Source of the DNA: Rhizophagus irregularis | Taxonomy: Eukaryota | DNA length: 64,000 bases | Direction of reading: 5' to 3' | Assembly (NCBI RefSeq): GCF_026210795.1 | Contig: NC_089434.1 | Location: 4,154,001 to 4,218,000 of the forward strand | Shown: piece after piece, positions 39,844 through 53,370 of the stretch | Layout: each line of letters opens with the position of its first letter | Numbering within the stretch: position 1 is the stretch's first letter | The notes under the pieces: model-generated | Told to the model about the DNA's origin: nothing | The model's input: the letters and a program-made list of their open reading frames with translations, nothing else | The model's database searches: none | Translations under genes and position numbers: made by a program

Positions 39844-40043
39844 AAATGATAAATGATTGTAGTTGTATAATTTATGGATATTGTACGTTGTTGTATTTAT
39901 ATTGGTTAATGTCACGAAGTGACGTTAACCAATATAAATACTACCGTACAATATTTACATATTATACTTGATAAAAGGATAAATGGCGCAGCCATTTTAT
40001 CCTATTGTTAAGTATATCACATACAATAATTATATTATCGTTT
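39844..40043. repeat. Double hairpin (two adjacent palindromes)
   Basis: ~50-bp arms around GTCAC-GAA-GTGAC (39865-39967); ~24-bp arms around ATGGC-GCA-GCCAT (39964-40015). Confidence 0.85.
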
Positions 40044-40921
40044 AGCTTTTTTTAGTTCATATTGAGAGTTAAAAAAGTTTATGAAAAAAATTATATGTAA
40101 AAGTTTAAAAAAAGTTAATTATATAAAAGTTTAAAAAGTTTATATAAATGTATAAATAAGTTTATTTTAAGTGGTTGCTTTATTTTTTTATTCTACTTAC
40201 TTAAATTATTGTATGATCATATATAGATTATTGTATTTCTGCATAAAATAAATGGATAGGATGTTCAATATGAACCTATGTGGCTAAATGATAATATTAA
40301 ATAAAGAATAAAGAATTTAGTTAGTTCTTGATTTATTGGTATTCCTTGGTTTTACAGGAGTATATTAAATATGATTGTCTAATTGGAAGTTTTGTTAACA
40401 AAGAAATTCTTTCGGATTCTTCTACTGTAGATGAAAAACTGGCATCGGGAATTATCGGAAGTTTCACAAACTAATACATATACGGTAATTATATTCGGAC
40501 AAAAGCATTTTTATGATTATGTTGGCAGAACCAATGCAACAATAACAAAATACGTGTTTATAATAAATTTTTCCTTTGTAAAAAAAAAAATAACCAAATA
40601 CGTGAAACAAAATCGGAGTATGCATTCTTCTAAAAAAAAATATATAAATGCTAAATTTTGTGCTGGATCAAATCGACTTCTAGTAATAGCAAACCATTAA
40701 TTTTTATAAATATAAACTGCTTCTCTCTTAATCGCAATTTCACGATACTTTTCGTATCAATCTCTAATAAGAACTCCTTAGAGAACAATAAATTCGTATT
40801 ATTAGAAGATTTAATTATTCTTAGATCAACCTATTGTTATTATTCAAAGATAACACATTTGATTTCGGATTCTTTACAACTTATAGAATCAAAATATAAT
40901 ACGCTTTAGATATTTTAATAA

Positions 40922-41285
40922 GGCCGGATCAATTTGATTTTCTACCCCCCCCTCTCTCAAAAAATTTAATTTAGATAGACACTAAAAAAAGCAAAATTTT
41001 ATCAATTTTTTTTAAATCCCTCCCCCCTCCCTTCCTCTCAAAAATTTGGTTTCATATAGATATTAAAAAAAATTTTTTTATAATATTCCCCCATAGAAAT
41101 CTAATTTTTAGATTTCTTTTTTATTACTTTTCCCTCCTCTCCGTCCCCTCATTTTCTTTCAAAATTTTGATACTGTAGTAAAAAATAATTTAAAAAATTT
41201 TGTAAGTTATTTTTGGCCCTCTCCTCCTCCCCCCTCTTTTTTCAATAAAAATTCTTGTTAAATAGAAAATCCAATTGACCTGGCT
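40922..41285. mobile_element. MITE with GGCC-type termini (Zator or PIF/Harbinger-like)
   Basis: TIR GGCCGGATCAATTTGATTTTCTA / TAGAAAATCCAATTGACCTGGCT; flanks TAA and TTA; internal C-runs. Confidence 0.7.
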
Positions 41286-41310
41286 TTATTTTTATTTTTA
41301 AATTCATCCG

Positions 41311-41426
41311 CCCTATAAAAAATTTTTATCCGAATATTTCCATTATTTCCGTAAAAATTCCGTGAAAATGATACATTCACGGAAAAAACATGGAAAGATA
41401 AATCATGGATCAGATTTTTTACTAGG
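41311..41426. mobile_element. Mini CCCTA-type element
   Basis: Starts CCCTATAAAAAA, ends TTTTTTACTAGG; flanks CCG/CTG (possible CpG-decayed 3-bp TSD). Confidence 0.5.
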
Positions 41427-41429
41427 CTG

Positions 41430-42095
41430 TCCTGCAGAATATATGGTCATTATGGATTATGCAAGTGAAGGAAGCCTAAGACCAAACTTGCAAATTATAT
41501 GGTCATTATGGATTATGCAAGTGAAGGAAGCCTAAGACCAAACTTGCAAAATATATGGTCATTATGGATTATGCAAGTGAAGGAAGCCTAAGACCAAACT
41601 TGCAAATTATATGGTCATTATGGATTATGCAAGTGAAGGAAGCCTAAGAAAAAACTTGCAGATTATATGGTCATTATGGATTATGCAAGTGAAGGAAACC
41701 TAAGACTAAACTTGCAAATTATATGGTCATTATGGATTATGCAAGTGAAGGAAGCCTAAGAAAAAACTTGCAAATAGTAAGTAAAAAGAATTGGCGAAAT
41801 TTATGACAAGTTCTTGTTCGGAAATATCTTAATACATGAGTATAAAAATGGGAATGAAAAAATTTATAAGATACCACCCACGTCAATTTAATGAAAAGGA
41901 GATCCATCCAATTAAAAGATCATCGGCATCCGAAGTTTTGGAGATATAATTGAAGATTGGATTTATCTTTCTGATGAAAAGAAAATTGAAGATAATCCAA
42001 ATTATGGAATTCGTGCATAAGAATATTACTACAGAATCTTATCCACAAGCGGAATGTCTAAATTGTATGATTGATGACACTAAGAAAATTAATTA
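41430..42095 (+). pseudogene. Protein kinase (TKL-like) relic
   Basis: EYMVIMDYASEGSLRKNLQIVSKKNW matches kinase subdomain IV-V/hinge; downstream heavily deleted. Confidence 0.6.
41441..41776. repeat. 56-bp tandem repeat x6 derived from kinase coding sequence
   Basis: ATATGGTCATTATGG at 41441, 41497, 41553, 41609, 41665, 41721. Confidence 0.95.
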
Positions 42096-44191
42096 ATGGC
42101 TAAAGTAATAATACTGTAATTCCATAATTCTTTCTTTATATCATATCGATTACGATATACAGTACTGTATATGCTGAATATATAATTGAATTAAAAAGCT
42201 TTAACATGATATCATTTCGACATTTCCTATAAACATTTTTAGTTTCTACTCCAGAAAAACTCCGACATGTGATCAAAATTTTTATAGAGTTTGGCTGAAC
42301 AATAAAAAATTAAATTAAACAAGATAATCAACCTAGTCAGATTTAAGGCTATCTTTAATATCTCAATTTACTTTCTAAAACTGTCCAATTGCATCTTTTT
42401 TTTTGAATAAAGTGTATAAAATGTTCAATTTTTTTCGTCCTGCATAGGACATTTTAATTTCTCAGTTCTAAATTTCCATATGTACAAGTAGTTAGTGCAT
42501 TAAATCCAATGTAATTAAATGCAAGATAAACGTGTAATAAAATTATCATATAAATTCTATGCAATTTATTGTAGAGATAAGTATTTAATATATAAACTTG
42601 TTAATGTTTGAGAACGTACTATTCTTGAAACATATGACCAGCTTCAAACGACAAATAATAAATGATTGTGGAAAATTGAAAAAAAATATAAAAGAAATAT
42701 TATTTAATAATTATATTTTGATAAATTTAAATTTTATACTTTATATACGGTATATTAAATTTATTTTTTTTTGGCCACAAATTGTACTATACTCACATAT
42801 TTAGTTGTAGATAGGGAAGTCATTTTCTATTAGTCTTATTATTAAAAAAGTTGATTATTAAAATTTGAATTTATGGAACACGTGACATTATATAGTTTTT
42901 TTAAGGTAAAATATTATGTAATAGTTATTTCGCCACGCGCTCGATCACACAAACACGGGAGGTTTCCCAATATACCAAGTAGATACTTTACGTACTACGG
43001 CTTACAACGCTCACCGCAACTTGGCATCTGCACTTTGTACACACAATTCACCTATACCTACCAATGAAACATCGTACCAACGCCAATACTTCAAACTCAA
43101 AGTGCACAAGATCACAAACACCCTTACATATAGACGATCGTTTCCTAGATAGGCGATGCCGATACTATTAGTTTACTAACTAATGTAGCTGCGAGCCTTC
43201 AACGTCATCATGTTTATACAGATGGCTCCTTCAGCACCGACTACCTCCACTAACACGACATTCAATACTCAATTCGGCTTCGGATGGATAGAAGTATCAT
43301 CGACAGACATTCCATCGATTAGTGTCAAAGGAAGCACTTTATTTACCCGTCTTCCACCAAAGCAGAGAGTTACGCAGTTCTTACCGCCTTAATAGGTTGT
43401 TCAAACTTCAAATAACAGCATTGTTAATATATGTTCAGATTCAAACAACGTTATCCACACTTTCAAGCAATTCACGAATCTCAAAGACGTAAATTAAAGA
43501 TTAACAACCACCACATCTGGAGGCTAATCGATTCATCAATATCTTCAAAAAGCCTTAGTGTCTCGTCAAGGCACACTCAGGAGACCACTACAACGACATA
43601 GCCGATGCATACGCCAACGAGGATCATCTTTTACCACCAAATCCAAAGGTCATCCCGGACGTGTTTATGACACCACTATGGGATGACATTGACCCTATAG
43701 ACAGAGACATACGAAATACGGAAGTGCGGGCGAGAATGAAATTGATCGTGTCGAGCATGGTCGGGCAGAAGTCTAGGTGTTGATTCGTATCTTCAGCTTG
43801 TTGACAATGAGGACATAATATAGTGTCATTGGTGTATAAGGTTGGGTACTAGTAGAATTTAAGGATGTCGCCACATGGTAAAATATAGTTACTGAAGGCT
43901 TTTAATTTTGTAAGCATCCCATTTAAATTTCAAATTTCCGTGGTACTGTTACTATGATGGATCAAAAATTTTGTCATGGTTCAGTTGATATCCGTAATTT
44001 TGTGGTCAAAGTCAGGTGATAACCTTTTGTTGTGTGTTAAGGAATCAAAAGTAATAGCTTCCGTAATGCGTTGAGCTCACGATTATATTATCGAGGCGGC
44101 AGCGAGGGATATCATAACCTTCTTCATTAAATCAGAAATAACAACTTTGGACTTAACCACAGAGTACACACAATCTACTTAATACTATACT

Positions 44192-46590
44192 TAGGGATGG
44201 GGGTTAATTAACCACGGTTAATTAACCATGGTTAATTAACCGTTAATTTTGTTAGTTATGATTGATTTAAAATGGTTAATTAACCGTTATTTATAATTAG
44301 CCAATCAAAATGCAGAATTTAAATCATGTGATTAAATGATAATCCATTATTTTGTTACACAATTAAATATTAATTAATATAAATATTGATTAAATCTATG
44401 ATCTACATATTGCATGATCTTTTTTTTAAGATAAATTTTTTTTAAAAAAACACTTTTTTTTTGCAAATTTATTGTTCATTATCATGGTAAAAAAAAAAGG
44501 GAACTGTTTGGAAACATTGGACAATAATTACTGAAGCAGAAAGTAATGAAGAAAGTAGTAGGTCTAAGAAAAAAACACATCCTTCTGTACGTTGTAATTA
44601 TTGTTCTAAAGTTTTTGAACAAGGTACAGCTAAAAGAATGCAAGTTCATATTAATGATAGTTGTCCTAGAGCTCCAGAAAGTGCAAAAACAAAGAAACAA
44701 CAAATTCCTGAACTATTAGAAACTTCTGATGCTACTACTTCTACTTTTATTCCTACAGTAAAAACATCAAAAAAGCATTTAAAAAATACAACAATTGAGA
44801 ATTTTGTTGATCGTATGAGTGAAGAAGAACAAGATACTCTTGAAATTTTACTAGCTCAAGCATTATTTGCTGCTGGAGTTCCTTTTTCTTTTCTTGAAAA
44901 TAATTATGTTATTCAGTTTTTTCAACAATTACGTCCAGCATTCAAATTACCTAATCGAAGAAAACTTGCTGATGAATTACTTGATGATGTTTTTGATGAA
45001 GTTAAAGCTGAATGTAATGAACAAATTTTACAAGCTAAATCTCTTACAATGGTTTCAGATGGTTGGTCTAATATTAATCGAGAATCAGTTCAAAATTTTG
45101 TTATTTGTACTCCAAAACCATTATTCTTTGATGCTATTTATTCTGGTGAAGAATCTCATACAGCTAAATGGGTTGCAGATGAAATTATTAAACAAATGGA
45201 AATTGTTGGTATTAATAAATTTTCAGCAGTTATTACAGATACAGCTAGTGTAATGAAAGCAGCTTGGCGAATTATTGAAGATAGTTATCCAAGTATTGTT
45301 TGTTTAGGATGTAATTCTCATGTAATGAATCTTTTAATTAGTGATATTTTAAAGATTGATCAAATTAAATCTGTTGTTGAAAATGCAAAAAAGTTGGTCA
45401 ATTATTTTAAGGCACATGTACAGGCAACAGCTAAATTGAAACGTATTCAAAAAGAAAATTATTCTAAAGAAATTGCATTGGTTTTACCAGCACTTACAAG
45501 ATGGGGAACACATCTTGCTTGTTTTCAATCACTTCAAAATTCAAGAACAGCACTTGAACAGGCTTTAATGGATATAAGAATTCGTCAAAATATGGATTTA
45601 ACTTTAAGAGCTCATATTTTATCAGATGAGTTTTGGGAAGATTTAGATATAATAACAAAAATTATGGAACCAATGGTTTCAGCATTAAAGTTATTTGAAT
45701 CAGATATTTCAATTCTTTCAAATGTTTATTCATATTTCAAAGAAGTAATGAATCAAATTAATCAAATAGATTGTAATTTTTCTGATAAACTTCAAGAACT
45801 TATTGCAAAGCGATGGGAATATACTTATCATCCTATTATGATAACAGCTTATATGTTAGATCCACAATTTTTGGAAAAAAGTAAAAATGATGAAGTTGAA
45901 TCTATTGGTTATGTAGAATTTACAACATTTGTAAATAAAAGATTTAATCAGGAAGAAGCAGTAGAATTATTTGCTGAATTGGTAAATTTTCGTAATAAAA
46001 ATTCACCTTATGATAATGAAATTATTTGGAAATCTGCTAATATTCTTAATTCATCTTTATGGTGGCAATCATGGCCAACTAGTAAACTTCAACAACTGGC
46101 TATTAAAATTCTCTCAATTCCTACATCTTCTGCAGCTGCAGAAAGAAATTTTTCTACTTTTGGTTTTATTCATAATAAAATTCGAAATAGATTGAAAAAT
46201 GAACGTGTTAAAAAATTAGTTTATATTTATGGAAATCTTCGAATGTGTAATAGACTTGTAAAAATACAAAAAAAGAAACAGATTAGTAATTTTAATGAAA
46301 ATGAAGAAGATAGTAATAATAGTTCTGATAATGAAAATAAAGAAGATGATAATAATAATAGTTCTGATAATGATAGTATATTTGGATTTGAAGCAAATGT
46401 TATTAATTTAGATGATGAAGAATAAATAAAATATATTAAAATTTTATAATATTTAATAAATTATAAATTTATTTTAACTTCCTTAAAATTATATATACAG
46501 GTTATTTATGGGTTAATTAACCGTTAACTAACCGTTAATTAACCGGTTAATTAACCAAATTCATAACTAACGGTTATTTTACCAACCCTA
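44192..46590 (+). mobile_element. Autonomous-type hAT DNA transposon (2399 bp)
   Basis: TIR TAGGGATGG/CCAACCCTA; perfect 8-bp TSD ACTATACT (44184-44191, 46591-46598); subterminal GGTTAATTAACC palindromes at both ends. Confidence 0.95.
44484..46425 (+). CDS. hAT transposase: BED finger, DDE core, C-terminal dimerisation domain
   Basis: WKHW..CNYC..H..C in frame upstream of 44638; SDGW, ITDTA, CNSH, TRW, SIPTSSAAAERNFS..RNRL; ATG 44484 is out of frame across A10 (44489-44498). Confidence 0.92.
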
Positions 46591-46868
46591 ACTATACTAC
46601 ATCAATTTTCAAAGCTATCATGTCAAAAAATTTTTCTCTTTAAAAAAGGTCATCTTAAATACAGTTCAAGCGATCCAAAAGGATATCTTCGAAGAAATAT
46701 GGATGACCCATAACCGATATCTTAAAGATTGGAAATCCTCGATCAATATCACAACAGCGTCCTTCTCGTCGGAATTACACAGGAACATCGTCAACATCAC
46801 AATACAAGATCCTTATACCCGAACGCGATCAAAGGTCGACGCACTTTACCCCGATATGGATCATTCGG

Positions 46869-48370
46869 CCCTATAAAAAAATTGGATACATTTTTTATAA
46901 AGTTTTTATACGATTTTTTTTCCTTAGAAATAACGTATCATAATAGGATACGGAAAAATGCACAATTCCGTATCACTAAAAATATGGTTTGGATACGGAA
47001 TTTGCACGGAATTCATATGGAATTTACATGATTTGATCACTGATTTTACCTACGATTTGGTCACTGAATTTACTATTTGTATTACAGTTTACTATAATTA
47101 TATTTACATAAATCTAATTTTACTTTATTAAATTAAATAAAAAATAAAAAATAAACAAAATACAAATACATTATGAAAATTCACTCCTTATTAAGGCCAC
47201 CTATTGCAACCAAAATTATCTATAAGTTCAGGTTCATTTGGAGTCAAACAACCTAAAAAAAACAAAAAAGAACGTCTAACTTAATTGGAAACAAAACCCC
47301 CCTTCATATAGTATCTGCAATCGTCCAAGTCACCAAAGGTCAGCATTCCTACAAAAAAAGAAAGAGAACTCCAGAATGTCTGACCTACATAAATGAAAAG
47401 AATTATGAAGCATCTGATGAAAAAGAAACCAAAACAACAAAATAAATCCAAAACTGACCTACAAAAAAAGAAGACTCTGAAGCAACAAAACTGAAACAAC
47501 CTACAAAAATAAAAGAATCTGAACCCAACTTACAAAAAAAAAAAAAAAAGAAAATTTGAACTGACCTAAAAAAAGAAAAAAATCCTGAACAATCCTACAA
47601 AAAGGAAAGGACTCCCAAACTGATCTACAAAAAAACTGAATCTTCTCTCAAAAAAAAAATCTGCTGGCCTATGAAATAAAAAAAGGGATAAATATAAATA
47701 AAAAAGAAAGGGGAATAAAGAATAAATCAAAAAAAAAATATTTTTTTAAAAAGAGGGTAACGAAGTTAGGAGAGTTAAAAAAAATTTTTTTTTTAAAGGG
47801 AGGACGTCAAAGTTAGAAAAATAAAAAATTTTTTATAAAGAGGAAATAGAAATAGAAAGAAGAAAATTTTTAGAAGAGTGGGAATAAAAGAATAAAATCA
47901 AAAAAATTTTTTTTTAAAGGAGTGATGAAAAAGAAAAATTTTTAAAGTGAGGTACGAAAAAAAAAATTTTTTTTTAAAAGGGGGGTGACGAAAAAAGAAG
48001 AAAAATTTAGAAAAAATAACAAAAATAAGACAAGACAGAAAGGAAGATCGGAAGATCAAACTCATCAAAGTAAGGGTTTATATAAAAAACAAAAAACGTA
48101 TCATAACAAAACAATAAACAATCATGTGATCTCGTGTTATGATACGGGATTTTTGTAAAATTATCTTCTAAAAATATTAAGTTTAAAAATTCCGTATACA
48201 TTCCGCATGATTAATTTTTTCCGTATACATTTCTTATACATTAGTTTTTTTAAAAAATGTTCAAAAATGAATTGCTTATTAAATATACGGAATTTGTATA
48301 CGGAATCTATAGAAACGTACATAAAATGTATACAAAACGTATCCTTTCCGTATACATATTTCTTATAGGG
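46869..48370. mobile_element. Non-autonomous CACTA/CMC-like element with CCCTA termini (1502 bp)
   Basis: CCCTATAA..TTATAGGG ends; 3-bp TSD CGG; subterminal CCGTAT/ATACGG repeats. Confidence 0.85.
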
Positions 48371-50716
48371 CGGGTGGATGGACTTCTTTATTAATACTTA
48401 TGGTTCAATAGAAAATTTTTATAATTATTTACATTTATTTTTTATTTTCTTTATTTTTTAGTTTAGATTCTTTTATTTTTTACTTTTAATATTTCTAATA
48501 GAACTGGATAGTTCGAGGTCTGTATTGGCGGGACGGTCTCACGCATGGGATTAAGTTTCAACTCTTTGAATGAACAGTTTATTACTTTATTTTAAAGTGA
48601 TTGATACATACTTGTTGTACTTCTGTTCTGTCGTTAAGTTAAAAATAAAAATAAAAATAAAATAAAGTAAAAGTTATTTCACAAGAAGCTTAGATATCAT
48701 TGGCGTAGACGTGATCCGTGAAATAACTGGTTTATACCGCGAAATCAATTTATCTGTTATTAAGTCTGCATAAAAAAATGTTTTTTATTTGAGATATGTA
48801 ATTTCTAATAGTTAATATCAATTAAAATTATTAAAATTTCAATTAAAAAAAAAAAGGTTATAAAGTAAAATCGAAAGTATACAACACTCTCACTATATGA
48901 TCTCTATAATTCTAAATAAAAATTTTCGTACTAATAAAATTCCGAACCATAAATAGTTACTGTATCCACCACACTACCACCACCAACATACAATGTTAAC
49001 AAAGTTTCAAAATTTTATATAAACTTGAAATAACTTATTTAAGGGCTTAATTATGAGAAAGGGTTTTTAAAATTAAAAAATTAAAAATGACAAGTTTTGT
49101 TATTTCAAGTTAACGGATTTTTTTTCTTTTAGGTGACAATTGAAACTTTGGAATCGCGGAGTATGGGATTATGGGACTACCATCATCAGTCATATCGACA
49201 TTGAGCCAACCATACTACTGAATAACTTGAAGGTGCAAAGAAAGAATATTTCCAATTCCATTATTTAGTTCGGTCAAGGGCTAGCTTCGTCAGTTGGGGC
49301 AAAAAAATCAACAGGTCTCGAAATTTTATTAGGACGAATATTTTCATTTAGAATTATATGATTATAGAATGAAAATATCGTCTCCTGTTCAATTTTAATT
49401 TAAAATACGAAGGATATGGAGGGAAAGTGATTTTTAATTGTTTACATGATTTTTTTTATTTTAATGTATTTTTTTTTTGATTTTTTATGGGCTTTTTTAC
49501 TAGCTATTTTATATTATATTGAAAGACTTTAGTTTCCTGTCCTGTATGCCATATTTAGGAAGTTATTAAGTTATTTGATAATGGAATTTTAAAATTAATA
49601 TGTTAGTTGCGAGACAAATAAACTTTAATGGACCACCGCCACTTTTACTATTATATGCTATATATGTCATACAAATAAGACTGATAATAGTTAACCGGTT
49701 ACTCGGAATTGAGAAGTTTTGTTAAACTGAATTAGAAACAATGGACAGAATATGTTATTTGCTATACGTACCGATTGACCTCAGTCACGTGGTTATTACT
49801 CAGTATATACGGAAATCATCATCTCATCCATGGCTCACTCATGGTGAGTTTTAAATTGTTAATAACAACGATAAATCGTATATTCTTCAGTACTTACTCT
49901 CACAACAAATAGTGATAATGCTAGTAATTCATTTCGGAGATTCACTATCTCGCATTATCGCTGTTTAAATGAAGAATTTCTGGTAAAACCTATTTTCCTA
50001 AGCGATATTTGTACGTAATTTCCATAAATAACATTCAATTGATTTACCTCAAATTAAGTTTTAACAATTTTTTCAGATGATGTAATTGGATTTGTAGTTC
50101 GTGTAACACTTATACCAATTAAATTTGCATTTGAAAGAAATATTTTATTTAATAAACAATCATTAATTAATTAAACTTAATATCGTGAGATAGTACAAAT
50201 ATCCTATTCAAATAAATGTAAGATTGGACAATCAATAGCGATATCATTGACTATGCATATCCATACTATAGAAATATGTTCCAGAAATTTGAAATAAACT
50301 TGGTTACTCCTGGTTTCAGAAATTCCCGTTCCTGTAATCCATTTTTGGGACAATTAAAGTTTATTGGAAATTATCAGGGATAATAGATTTTCCGATGCCT
50401 ACACATGGTCGCGCATTAAGAGAATTTATCAGTAACCTAATATTTATTTGACTTATCATACGACTCTTCGTTTTTACTATTTTTACTTAAATCATTTATT
50501 TAAAATGATTGAATATTTAAATTTATGACCTCATGAGACCAATTTTATTTGGAAATGCTAAAATATAAAATAATATTTTGTTTCAATTAAAATAAAAAGT
50601 TATCGTTGAAATTTTTATTTTTCGCGGTCTGAAACGATACGCTGTTAATATTTAATAAAATTTTATTATTTAAAAAGAAATTATAAAATAATTAATAATT
50701 TCCAACTACAAATTGA

Positions 50717-50824
50717 CCCTATAAAAAAATTCTGGAAAAAACTCCGATAAATGATCATTTTTCTAGGGTTTATTCCGAAGAAACTCAGACACGTGATCAT
50801 TTTTCCGAAAAATTTTTTATAGTG
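50717..50824. mobile_element. Mini CCCTA/CACTA element (108 bp)
   Basis: CCCTATAAAAAA..TTTTTTATAGTG; similar right-end fragment at ~42250-42290; no TSD seen. Confidence 0.6.
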
Positions 50825-53230
50825 ATCCTTTATTATTCATAAATTTCATTGTTCGTATTTCGTTAGTTGTCACAAATATATATTATCAATAATGTTTTAA
50901 AAATACTAAAGAATTTTATAATAAAGAACATAAAACTAATTTTTAAATAAAATACCTTGAGATAAGGATTATAAAATTAGTTTTGAGAACGAGGTTTACC
51001 GTAAGGTAAAGTGGAAATACAAGGTATCACCTTGTTACTTTTTAATAAATGAAATTAATGAAATTAATGAAATTAGAAGAAATGTAAATATAAATAAATA
51101 AATATAATAATTATATTTTAGTTATCGTTGATTACCAATAACTTTCTGGCCTGAAGTTTAATCTCCAAGCCGATTGGTACCAACAATATCAATATTGTAT
51201 AGTGATCATCCATTGCATGATTTCTTATATGCGTTGAGCGTACGTACATTATTCATAAAAGTCTAGCGCGCAACCAAAGTAGGCGTATATACTTTTATAT
51301 ATAAAAGTCAAATATAGTAAGCGTCGTTATTCAATCGCATGCGCGGAAATTTAAAACGATGATCGTACGCTTAATCAAATTTTACCCGTTAAAGCCGATC
51401 TTAATCAAAAAAAAATAATTAATCGAACAATGATATTTTTTAGCCAGTCAATTTCCTATACGAAACATGCATCAAATTTGGCTTTAAACAAAAGAATTAT
51501 TTTAATTTCCGTAAAATTATTGTAAAGATATATAAGTAAAAAATTATATTTACGGTTTACTAAAAATAAAAAATAAATTCTGCATTTTCTTCTAGCGTAA
51601 GAATAATTTCATTATAAGATTTAATAATCATGATATTTATATAAAATTAATAGTTTCGAAATTTAACAAGCATGATAATTGATGAACTTTTCTTATATTT
51701 TAACAGTTTTAGATTAATTTGGCATTTTATTTTTCGAGATAAGTTAATTAGATTATATGTTATCGTTTCCGTCATCGATTGGAGTATTGAAGTTCATTTT
51801 TTCTTGATTGAGGTCTTTTTCAAGAATTTCTCGTGAAGATCATTAAAAGTACTATTAGAACTCTTGCTATCAAACAGTAGTACAAATTTGACTTTGAATA
51901 ATGGAAAAATTCGGTTTTACCCGTTGTAATTGCCGATTGGCCAGAAGCTGTAACATATTTTCTTACAAGTCAACTATGAACTACTTCCTCCAATTAGATG
52001 CGAGTTTAAAAATTATCAAACAGCACGTTTGATAATTTCGTCGATATATAGTACAAAAATTTTTTATTATTTAGAACCGTTTTTGATTGGATTTTTTTTT
52101 TTTTTGAATTCTTGATTTATAATGTAAGCAAATCTGTTGTTTTTAACTGCCTGTATTCCAGATTTAGGAGGATAATTTTTAATTGTAAATTTAAGGGAGG
52201 AAAAACAAATAATTCGGATGCATATGATAAGATATCTTTGTGTTCTCGCTAAATAATGATTTAAAAAATGCTAAATTTAAATGCATTCCTGAGTATGGAA
52301 ATCAATTGAATACTTTAAACGGAATAAGAGGAGAAAATAAAGTATTATATTTTAAAAAAATTATTTTTCTTCCTTACATGACTGACGATCGAATTTTTTT
52401 TTTTTTTTTGCAGTAAAATATTATGACTGACGATCGTATGTTCATATGTTCAGCAATATATATGAAAATTTGACGATCAAACTGATAGTCAATTTTGCTA
52501 TTTATAACAATTACGCGTATAAATTAATTGTGTCGAATCGGAGATATGTATTTTTAAACTGAAAATACGGGAAATGCCGTTAAGAATTATTTCTCTAAAT
52601 CTGAAACATATTGGGATATTAGTGATAAGTTTATGTAATCTATTAAATTCTTTGGAGCATAGCTTTAAATCATTCCAATAATAAATATCGCAAAATTAAA
52701 TGAGTTAATAAAAAACTTTTATCACAAAGTTCAGAGAACAATGGACGGGTCACTCCAACTGAAATATATTCCTTGATATGATGCATTCAGTTGATGCAAT
52801 GACAATAATTTGTTACATATTTGACAAATTATAGCAATATTTTTTTTTTTATTGATGTAAATTTTTGGTATATTTTAACAAAATAATGGGCTCATAAATC
52901 ATAATGAGTATACGATCATTTAATCTTTTTCCCCAATCAAAACATACAAAGAAAAAAAATCATAATTATTGCTTTTTAAAAATAAATTAAAAAAGAATTT
53001 TACCAATATGGAATATCATTCAGAAGCACGCAGTGAAAATTGTCGTCATTGGACAACAATGATGAAGGGAAAACTTAGTATTTTAAAATTTTATTCAAAT
53101 AAAAAAAAAAGATTTAAGTAAACAAATAATTCAGGGGCTAAAGCAATACTAGCTTAATATGAAAATTTAATAATATGTATTATACAAAAAAAGGACATGT
53201 GAATAAAATTAAATTTCATGCATTTTTTCA

Positions 53231-53370
53231 CGGTATCCGGACTTTTCACCGAAGTCCATTTCACCGAAACCAATTTCGCCGAAGCAATTTCGCCGAAGTG
53301 CCATTTCACTTTCCCCGAATGAACATTTCCCCGAATGGCTATTTTACCGTAGGACATTTCGTCGAAGATA
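53231..53370 (+). mobile_element. Solo transposon end with periodic ATTTCRCCGAA repeats
   Basis: About seven related units, same style as the 28654 MITE ends; partner end not found. Confidence 0.55.

Larger units (their letters stand above)
42930..48666 (+). mobile_element. Degenerate 5'-truncated LINE with an internal inversion and two nested DNA transposons
   Basis: Plus strand RNase H: YTDGSF ~43215, STKAESYA, VKAHSGDHYNDIAD ~43570; minus strand CPHC..QHLDFC ~43770-43820; DIFEEIW ~46690; (A)nT tail 48640-48666. Confidence 0.75.

Noticed and set aside
48990..52000. Possible small exons (~49133-49320, ~50220-50430, ~51135-51220)
   Set aside because: No consistent spliced ORF or recognisable motif could be built
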